Below, in pieces: positions 11,705 to 20,181 of a stretch of 20,181 nucleotides of DNA (position 1 is its first letter; each line of letters opens with the position of its first letter). A program made the translations under genes and the position numbers. This DNA comes from Priapulus caudatus (lineage: Eukaryota), in assembly GCF_000485595.1 (NCBI RefSeq), contig NW_014577065.1, positions 617,918-638,098 on the forward strand. Reading direction: 5' to 3'. The notes beneath the pieces were generated by a model. It saw only the letters and a list, made by a program, of their open reading frames with translations, was not told the DNA's origin and searched no databases.

Positions 11705-12430
11705 AGGGCAGTTAGGGGCGTCTGGTGAGCACACCAACCACTGAATTTATTCTGGCAGTGGCCATTCACGATTACCTGCCGACTAAGCTGAACATTTTCC
11801 AGTGGGTTTCAAAAAGGCTTTCCTGTCCAGCTAATCTTAGCTCAATTTTTGGGGTGGGCAGTTGAGGGCGTTCTGGCGGATACACCCACCACTGAATTAT
11901 TCTGACAGTGGCCATTCACAATACCTGAGCTATGCCGGACATTTTCTAATGGGTGCGCAGAAGCTTTCCTTTCCAGCCTAATCTAGCTCAATTTTGGGTA
12001 ACGGTTTTTTAGCTCTGCGCATGCGCCCCACACTAAAAAATTCTGGCAGTGTCCATCCTGATACCTGGGACCATGCCAAACATTTTCACATAGGTTTCAT
12101 GGGGTTTCCTCTCAGCTAATCTAGCTCAATTTTAGGGGGCGGGGCAGTTGGGGCGTTCTGGCGGATACACCCACCACTGAATTATTCTGGCAGTGGCCAT
12201 TCACGATACCTGGGGACTATGCTGAACATTTTCCAATGTCGTGCCAGAAGGTTTCCTTTCCAGCTAATCTAGCTCAATTTTGGGGTATCGGTTTTTAGCT
12301 CTGGCGCATGCGCCACCACCACTAAAAAATTCTGGCAGTGTCCATTCCTGACACCTGGGACCATGCCGAACATTTTCACAATAGACGTTTCATGGGGTTT
12401 CCTTTCCAGCTAATCTAGCTCAATTTTGGG
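11705..12430 (+). repeat. Subterminal tandem array: five ~140-150-bp units of two subtypes, order a-a-b-a-b
   Basis: Units end near 11854, 11998, 12138, 12285 and 12430 with variants of tttcctttccagctaatctagctcaattttggg. Subtype a starts gggcagttg..ggcgttctggcggatacacc; subtype b starts cggttttt(t)agctctg(g)cgcatgcgcc. Both share ttctggcagtg(g/t)ccat. Confidence 0.93.
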
Positions 12431-12578
12431 TGCCTTTCAAATGACCCACTGACCACACCCACCAGCGGCTGCCTGCCAGACTTACATTTCCTTACATGGG
12501 TATGTACACGAATCATTGCTATATGCATGAAAATTGGTTTCCTTTCCAGCCTAGGCTGACCCCCTGGCTCCCGGTCTA
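12431..12578 (-). mobile_element. Terminal inverted repeat (right end) of the Academ-like transposon
   Basis: tgcctttcaaatgacccactgaccacac...cctttccagcctaggctgaccccctggctcccggtcta is the reverse complement of 5360-5512. Confidence 0.82.
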
Positions 12579-13101
12579 ATACTCACAAGCGTGACCGAGA
12601 ACCGCGCGCGCGCGCGCGTATTGCCTTTCACGTCCATTACATATATAAGATGACCATCGTGGTTTCTCTCGCGTGCGCACAGCCTCGGGTACGTGTGCGC
12701 GGCGCAATGGCGAGCGCTGCAGCAGATTAGATTAAAGTGGTCGCGGGCGATGTGAAGTGGTCGCCTCCATTAGCAGGTCGCCGTGTCGTGCTCGCGTGTC
12801 GCACGATCGGTAACCGGACGTCGTTATTTGTTTATTTTCTCAGCGAAATTACACGCGCGAAAACAGCGACTGCTACGACGACTGGCCGATGATGGGCGCG
12901 CCCCGCTGCGCCTGGCGCCGGTGCTACTGCGTCGAAACCCGACGACGTGTCGTCATGCTTTCTCGTTGATCATCGCGTATATTAATACTCATATAAGTCT
13001 GAAATGAGACATCGGCTCCTCGTTGATACTACGCCACACACACTCTCTTCTTACTTCTTCTCTTTCTCTCCGTTCTCTCTCCCGCCTCCCTTCTCTCGAT
13101 C

Positions 13102-13293
13102 TGTGTGTGTGGTGTGTGTGTGTGGGTGTGTGTTGTGTGTGTGTGTGGTGTGTGTGTGTGTGTGTTGTGGTGTGTCTGTGCGTGCTGCGTGTGCGTTGCG
13201 TGTGCGTGCGCGTGTGAGTGTGCCGTGTGCGTGCGGCGTGCGCGCGTGTGTGCTGTGTGTGTGTGTGTGTGTGATGCGTGTGTTGTGTGCGCG

Positions 13294-13347
<54 letters not shown>

Positions 13348-13354
13348 GTGTGTG

Positions 13355-13394
<40 letters not shown>

Positions 13395-13420
13395 GTGTGC
13401 TGATATGTGTGGTGTGTACG
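13102..13420. repeat. Imperfect (GT)n microsatellite
   Basis: gt dinucleotide run. Confidence 0.95.
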
Positions 13421-13469
13421 TATATATGCGTGTTCTCTATGTGTTAACTCTCTCTCTCTCTCTCTCTCT

Positions 13470-13494
13470 NNNNNNNNNNNNNNNNNNNNNNNNN
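13470..13494. other. Assembly gap (25 N) within a (CT)n tract
   Basis: Run of exactly 25 N flanked by ct repeats. Confidence 1.
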
Positions 13495-13508
13495 TCTCTG
13501 TTGTCGTG

Positions 13509-13621
13509 CTCATTGTTTGGAGTCTTTGGACGGTTAATAGACTTGCACGAGAGGAGGTGGGAGAAGGTTACAAAAGAATGGCGATCGCCGCTGAAATATA
13601 CAAAGAGCGATGAGAGGAAAT

Positions 13622-13652
<31 letters not shown>

Positions 13653-14931
13653 AGAGACAAGGAGAGAGATGAGAGAGAGAGAGAGAGGCAGAAGAGAGAC
13701 CGAGAATGAGACGAGATGACAAATAACCAACGTTGAGAGAGATAGAACACGCTATTCCGATGTATTATGTTTCTTACGATAAAACGCGACTCGCACTAGG
13801 GTATTTACATAACGCAGTAGGGAGTAAGGGCGGGTTCGGACACTCGCTGATGCCAATAACTTATCGGTTTATCACAGTACAGGTCCGCTGATCTACGAGC
13901 TATCATAGAAATAGAAATCATGTTTATTTACGACTCGATCAAATCTTTGCCTGTTTTGCAGCAATCCGATCACTGGGTGTTCTCAATACTCGCTAATATA
14001 CTATATATTATTAATATATAGTTATACTATATTCTATATATAATATATATATACTATAAACTATATGGCCATGCATGATGGGCGACCACAGTTAGCGGAA
14101 ATTATAGAATGTCAAGACAAGAATCCTAACTTTGTGGTTGAAAACGTCCGAACACGTTAGATACCGTGGCGGCGATGTAGCATCATCCGTTCAAGACAGT
14201 CGGGGCACACAAAAAAGTGCGCTACACCCCCCCCCCCACCCACGGCACGGCAGACGTGCAGTACACCACCCCCACACCCACCCCCACGCACACACCCACA
14301 ACACACACACAGCTCTACCTACACGACCGCACACTAACACACCGCACGCATAGCAGCAGGAGCGCACCGTACGCCGGAACGCACGCACGACGTGTGGATA
14401 GTCTTTAAGGTGGGCTATAATTCGTAATAGTCAGGATGGCGAGTGCTGTTGGTGGAGAATACGGCCAGTCCATGTGCGCGTAAAATTGACGCCGTAATTA
14501 CGCGCTAGTTAAAAGTATCACGTATATTCACATTTAGACGTAACACGGCAGAATGTTCTTTCAGGCGCGACTCCCGCGTCACGCCGATATCGGTTCCAGT
14601 CGAGTGTTGATTCATTTCTACTACTCCCACCATCACATCGCTCTCTTATTCTTCTCTCTCTCTCTCTCTGCCTCGCATGCATCAGTAAAGTCTCAGTTTT
14701 TTTTTGTAATTCTAAATTGTTAAAACATTTCAGGCGTAAAACAGGAGTCCGCGCTAGCGAAATGCACCGAGCGGAGCAGTAGTCAGTGCTGCCCGTCTGT
14801 CTGCCCGTCTGCCTTGCAGGTGGACTGAACCTGTTTGGCATGCCTGTCTTTCCTTCTCCTGCTGCTTGGCGTTCCATCTGGCCTGCCTGTTGCTTGATAC
14901 TTGCCTGACTGTCTGACTGTCTGCCTGTCTG

Positions 14932-14932
<1 letters not shown>
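13509..14932 (+). repeat. Duplicated segment B, copy 2 (noisy)
   Basis: Colinear with 1449-~2880, including the GA, TA, poly-C/CA and start of the GCCT tracts. Confidence 0.9.
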
Positions 14933-14976
<44 letters not shown>

Positions 14977-15058
14977 CTCTCTCGTTTCTCTCTCTCCCTC
15001 TCTCCTTCTCATTTTCTCTTCCTATATCTCTCGCGCTCTCTATTGCGCGCATTCTCTC
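14933..15058. repeat. (CT)n microsatellite
   Basis: ct run ending segment B copy 2. Confidence 0.92.
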
Positions 15059-15982
15059 ATGGTGTTAGTTTTATTCTAGCGTGATGCATGTAAAGCCTGT
15101 ACGATGGAAGCGATTTCCAATACGCACGATTACTACGAAATAATCGATAGCTGGTGCCGATCCCCAGCATGGATCAGCAAGCAAACATCTCGACACGGGC
15201 AGCTGTAATTACACCTGTACTATTGCCATCACCTTCGACGCATCGTACGTACCCGGGCAAAGTTTACTTTACTTACGCAGCCGTCAATCTAAACTAACCG
15301 CGAAGAGTTATAGGGGCTTAATGACGGATAATGCGGCGGCCGAGTACTAAGCAGCTCCCGATGGCTATACGCTACACATAATGCGATGCCAACTGCAAGA
15401 ATGTTTATGTAAGTGTTAGCAGGCGAGAGACGGCAGTCCCGATCGGCGAGCTCGTCTGCATCGTGTCATCCTCAACTATGATGTCAAAACATTTATTGCA
15501 GATTCTCAAACAATTTCTTATGATCGCCGAGGGGCATTTCGGCTCTGCGTTCATAAAAGCTAATTTCCGCTGCAAAAACGACGAATAACACTTTGTGCGC
15601 GCTGCACACATGTTCGGATAGGGGGAGGAGGGAAGTTTCAATACTTGGATTTATTAATAACTGTACCCAAATAGTACGTGTCAATTTAACTGAATGAGTG
15701 TTTCGAAAATCAATCATATTCCATGCATTTTGCACATCTGATTTGCGTGTAATTTCCAGATGCTACGGATTATAAAGTGATACACCTCCCGCGATTCGAT
15801 AACATGTCAAGTGGGCTATTCGTATATATGGCAGCGACATCTTCTTTCTTGTGGACATTCTTATGGGCGCTAATGATTTATGAAGGGCGTTGCGGTATTT
15901 ATGCTCGCCCATTCGTCCCCGCACTGACGCTGAGCAGATTTCTATAGCATGGCAACTGTTTCTTACAATGTAAGAGTGAATA

Positions 15983-16025
15983 ATAATTGATATTATTATT
16001 CGCTATTATTATTATAATAATATTA

Positions 16026-16066
<41 letters not shown>

Positions 16067-16078
16067 CTATATTATTAT
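15983..16078. repeat. (ATT)n microsatellite
   Basis: att trinucleotide run. Confidence 0.92.
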
Positions 16079-16750
16079 TCACTCCTGATGTAATGCAAAA
16101 CGATGCGACGACATTACCTGCGCGCTAGTCATATATCTGCAGAGTTTTCATAGAGTTCTGCGAGCGATGTCGGCCCCGTTGTATAGGCAATTAGTCAGTG
16201 TGGCATGCAAGATGCGACCATGCATGTGGTAACGGCCCATCTAAAGACGGCCCGTGTTCCTCTAGTAGAGTTGGTGAGAGAGCCAAACACATCGCTCGTT
16301 ACACAGCCTTTCATAGTGACGCCAGTTGTCCTGAAACCTTTGAAGTTTCGGGTCAATGCCATCTGATTTTTTAAAAACGTTTAGGGTTAAGATGTTAGAA
16401 TTTCGGAATATATAAGCAGTTCTGCAGTACGCACACCGATGGAGCGGTCCCGATGACGATAAAGAAACCAATCGAATTATGTTAGGCTGGCCCAACTGCT
16501 CGAAAATAACTCGATGAAAATGAGTGAACGTTCCCGCAAAAAAGATCGGAGTGAGCAGTGTGCTGTATGAGCCAGACACCGCAACCAGCCGAACGCATGC
16601 ACCAACGCGTTGACGCACAGTCCCGGCATTTACATATCGCCACGTAGAATGTCAGCGCGCACCGCCAGCTGGCCGCCGTAGAAAAACTACACGCGGCGCT
16701 CGCCTTTAACTATTTCTTACAACTCCGTGACTACGAAGCATACTCCGTAT

Positions 16751-16792
16751 CCGCCGCCGCCGCCGCCGCCGCCCGCACGCACGCACGCACGC
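16751..16792. repeat. (CCG)n followed by (GCAC)n short microsatellite
   Basis: ccgccgccgccgccgccgccgcccgcacgcacgcacgcacgc. Confidence 0.9.
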
Positions 16793-17770
16793 GTGTGGAC
16801 TCGTCCTTAAGGTTGCCTATAACTTTCTTAATAATACAGGATGCGCGTGCTGTTGAGTGGAGAATAACGCAGTCCATGTGCGCGTAAAAATGACAGCGTA
16901 AGTACGCGCCATAAGTTAAACAGTATCAACGTAAATATTCACCATTAAGACGAAACAACGGACAGATGTTTTCAAGGCGCGACTCCCCGCGTCACGCGAT
17001 ATCGTTGCCATCGATGTTTTCCATTCTCTCTCCCCACATCCATCGCTCTCTTTCTCTCTCTCTCTCTCTCTGCCTGCATGCCATCAGATAACGTCCTCCA
17101 CGTTTTTATTTGTAATTCTAAATTGTTTAACAAACATTTCAGCGTAAAACAGGAGCCGGGCGAAAAATGGCCCCGACGGAAGCGAGTAGTCAGTGCCTGC
17201 CCGTCTGTCTGCCCGTCTGCCTGCATGGCTGGCTGCCTGTCTGCCTGCCTGTCTTCCTGTCTCACTGCCTGCCTGGCCGCCTTCCTATCTGCCTGCCTGT
17301 CTGCTTGCCTATCTGCCTGCCTGTCTGACTGTCTGCCTGTCTGCTCGCCTTCTTGTCTGTTTGTATGCCAGCCTGCCTGCCTGTCTATCTGCGTGCCTGC
17401 CTACCTTCCTGGCTGGCTGCCTGCCTGTCTGCCCACCATCCTGCCTGACCGCCTGTCTGCCTGCCTGCTTGCCTGCCTGCCTGCCTGCCTGACTGCCTGC
17501 CTGCCTGCCTTACCCCCTGCCTGTCTGTATGCCGGCCTACCCGCCTAGCTGCCTGCCTGCCTGCCTGCCTCCATGTCTCGATCCATGCTTTTCTGTATGC
17601 CAGCCTGCCTGGCTGTTTGCCTGCACGTCTTCCTGGCTGTCTGCCTCCTTACTTTCCTGCCTGTCTGTCTACCTGCCTTCCTGCCTCCTTGCCTTCATGT
17701 CTGCCTGTCTGCCTGCCTGCCTGCCTGTCTGCCTGCCTGCATGTCTGTCTGCCTGTCTACCTGCCTTCCT
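16775..17770 (+). repeat. Duplicated segment B, partial copy 3 (cleanest copy), including a (GCCT)n array at 17194-17770
   Basis: Colinear with 2330-3265, e.g. tgtggactcgtccttaag, ttcttaataatacaggatgcgcgtgc, ataagttaaacagtatc, ggcgaaaaatggccccgacggaagcgagtagtcagtgcctgcccgtc. Confidence 0.93.
17143..17188 (+). CDS. Candidate 46-bp micro-exon (VKQEPGEKWPRRKRV) of a putative nuclear protein
   Basis: AT-rich intron-like flank ending tttcAG, donor GTcagt. The peptide has a psi-K-x-E SUMO consensus and a basic RRKR cluster. No neighbouring exon is confirmed. Confidence 0.38.
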
Positions 17771-17777
17771 GCCTTAA

Positions 17778-18895
17778 CCAGCCATCGCATCTATCCGCAG
17801 TCCATCCCATCCATGCCATCCACGTCGCATCCATCATCCATCATCCATCCATCCATCCATCCCATCATTACCATGCCCTCCATGCCATGACCATCCATCC
17901 ATGCATCCATCCATCCATCCATCCATCCATCCCATCCCGATGCCATTCCAGCCAGCAGCCAGCCAGCCATCCACCATCCATCGCATGCATACCATCGCCT
18001 CCATCCATCCATCCATCTCCATCCATCATCCATCCAAGCCACCAGCCAGCGCATCCATCCATTCCATCCATACCATTATACCATTCATGATCCATCCATC
18101 CATGCCCAACCATCCAGCCAGCAGCCAAGCAGCCATCCATCCAATCCATTACCATCCATCCATCCATCCATCATCCATCCATCCATCATCCATCCATTCA
18201 TCATCCATCATACCATCCATGCCATACCATACCCATGCCATCCATCCCATTCCATCCATCCATCCATCATCCATCCATCCATCCATGCCATCCTCCATCC
18301 AGCCGCCAGTCAGCCAGCCATCCATCGCCTCCAATGCCCATCCATCCTATCATCCATTCCATCCATCCATCCATCCATCCATCCATCCATCCAGCCAGCC
18401 AGCCAGCCATCTCATCCATCCATCCATCCATCCATGCCATCCATGCCATCCATTCCTCATCCGATCCAGCCATCCATCCATCCACCATACCACCATCCAT
18501 CCATGCCATGCCTCCATACCATTCATCCTCCATCCATCCATCCACCATCCATTACCATCCCATCATCCATCATCGCATCCATACCATGCATCCATCCATT
18601 CATTCCACCATCGCATCCATCCAGCGCAGCCCGCGCAGCCAGCATCCATCCATACCATCCATCCATCCATCCATCCATGCCTCCATCATCCTCCATCCAT
18701 CCATCCATTCCAGCCAGCCAGCCAGCCATGCATACCTCATCCATCATCATGCCATCATCCATGCCATGCCATCGCATCCATCCATCCATCATCCATCCAT
18801 TCATCATCCATTCCATCCAGCCAGCGCAGCGTCAGCCAGCCAGCCCAGCCAGCGCCATCCATCCCATCTATCCATTCATCCGATCCATCCGATCA
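17778..18895. repeat. Imperfect (CCAT)n/(CCAG)n tetranucleotide array, ~1.1 kb
   Basis: ccat units with ccag patches. Confidence 0.95.
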
Positions 18896-19582
18896 AGAGG
18901 CGTATAAAGAAGGCCGTAATACCTTCTTTATACGCTCTTGATCCGATCCATCCTCCATGCTGAGAAAACACGTTATAGTAGCAGGATCGTGATTTTCACG
19001 GGGCACTAGTACGCGTACTCCGTCTCGTTAGTGCCTGCTGTCATGTGTAGACGCAAGTTGTAACACAACCCGATTCTAATTATATGCTCTGTGCTTTTAT
19101 TGGCTTCTATAATTTATTAATAATAATTTTTGTCTCGAGGAATTAGCCGAATTTTATTTAGTACTATTTATATTAGTGTCATTTAGTCATTTTTTAATCG
19201 GAGAGAGGAAGTCGTTTTTTTTTTCGGCATTCTATGCGAGACGGCACTCTGCGGTTGTCACGTGATCGCCACTATGAAAAAGTTTCGCCTGGCCACAGCG
19301 GCGCAGCAGATGCGGGCGCGCTGTAAACTTTTTGACATGTGCCACGGCCCTAAGATTTATCTGCCCCTCACCGTGCATGGCGAAAGCTACTCTAAATAGT
19401 AAACTCGGAGCGAGCGAAGAAATGAAGTGGTAACCGAATACTAATTGAGGTTGACGTTGCCTGGGCGCTCGCTCACTGACGCCTGCCCCTTTTTGCAGCA
19501 GAAGCAGGCGAGTGAACCGCACGCGCCCAGAGAGAGTGTGTGTGTGATGGAAAACTTCATAGTTGTAAATAAATGCGGTTCG

Positions 19583-19587
19583 CATCG

Positions 19588-19620
<33 letters not shown>

Positions 19621-19635
19621 GACATCCATCATCAT
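19583..19635. repeat. (CAT)n microsatellite
   Basis: cat trinucleotide run. Confidence 0.95.
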
Positions 19636-20100
19636 TTCCTCTCTCGCTCATCTCCTCTCTCTATCTCGTCTCTCAGCTCTCTTCGTCCTCTGCGTCTCTC
19701 TCTCTCGTCTCTCGTCTCGTCGGTCTATCTCTCTCTTTCTCTGCTCTCTCATCGTCTCTCTCTCTCCTTTCCTCGGCTTTCTCTTCTAGGTCTTCCTCTC
19801 TATCTCCTCTCCGTCTCTCTCGTCTCTATCTCTCTCTTTCTCTGCGCTTGCTCGCTTCTGCTCTTTCTCCATCTCGCTTGGCTCTGCTCTTCGGATGGCG
19901 GATCGATTTGACTGTTCTCTCTTTCTCTCGCTTGCTCTCTCTTTCTCTCCGCTGCTTTCTCGTCGCTATCACCCCATCTCTCCGCTATCTCTCTCTCGCT
20001 CTCTCTGCCTGTCCGGCCTCTACCTCACACTTTCTCGTTCTGAGTCTCTCTCCTCAGTATTCGTCTCCTCGTAGTGCGCTCCTCTCTCTCTCTCGCTCCC
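19636..20100. repeat. Degenerate (CT)n low-complexity tract
   Basis: Strongly pyrimidine-skewed ct-rich sequence. Confidence 0.88.
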
Positions 20101-20181
20101 CCCTGCCTGCGCTCCGCATGAATCTCCGCCCTTCTTGTCTCGGTGCACCCAGCTTCAGTATTGCCGGCGGTCGCGTCGCGG

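Larger units (their letters stand above)
10530..12578 (+). mobile_element. 3' part of an Academ-like DNA transposon (coding remnant, AT-rich 3' region, subterminal array, right TIR)
   Basis: Coding remnant followed by AATAAA at 11149 and 11244, a tandem array and a TIR ending ...ccggtCTA. Confidence 0.7.

Noticed and set aside
11705..12430. Regularly spaced ~30-bp motif resembling a CRISPR array
   Set aside because: The intervening ~115-bp segments are homologous to each other, there are no cas genes, and the context is eukaryotic; it is a tandem repeat.
12590..12960. CpG-rich stretch with a (CG)n run as a promoter/CpG island
   Set aside because: CpG is common throughout the window and no linked transcription start or first exon is identifiable.
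15277..15392. Minus-strand interval with ttcttgcAG acceptor and GTAAGT donor
   Set aside because: The best frame (GIALCVAYSHRELLSTRPPHYPSLSPYNSSRLV) stops before the donor and resembles nothing I recognise.
16230..16330. Minus-strand EEHGP with nearby cysteines as a possible PRDM zinc-knuckle exon
   Set aside because: Cys spacing does not fit, a frameshift is needed, and there are no convincing splice sites.
17791..18963. His/Pro/Ser/Ile-rich and MDGW-rich ORFs
   Set aside because: (CCAT)n translation on both strands.
19441..19911. Poly-His/Asp/Met/Ile ORFs
   Set aside because: (CAT)n and CT-rich low-complexity translations.

Overview
Eukaryotic (probably metazoan) draft-assembly DNA, roughly half simple-sequence repeat, with two N gaps (5514-5884, 371 N; 13470-13494, 25 N). 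Several stretches look like unpolished long-read sequence. Almost all listed ORFs are microsatellite translations. The supportable signals are four. (1) A clean 129-bp minus-strand exon (6743-6871) encodes the start of a PRDM6-like PR/SET domain. (2) An Academ-type DNA transposon relic comprises a frameshifted C-terminal coding fragment (10530-10900), a ~145-bp a-a-b-a-b subterminal tandem array (11705-12430) and a ~150-bp terminal inverted repeat ending in CTA (12431-12578). Its inverted partner, starting with TAG, is at 5360-5513, so the two ends bracket the PRDM exon. (3) Two kb-scale segments recur in the window (A twice, B three times), with boundaries in microsatellites; B carries a candidate 46-bp plus-strand micro-exon (VKQEPGEKWPRRKRV). 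(4) A compound microsatellite has a ~450-480-bp higher-order period. Family assignments are from remembered motifs, not database searches, and assembly artefact is a serious alternative for the long-range arrangement.
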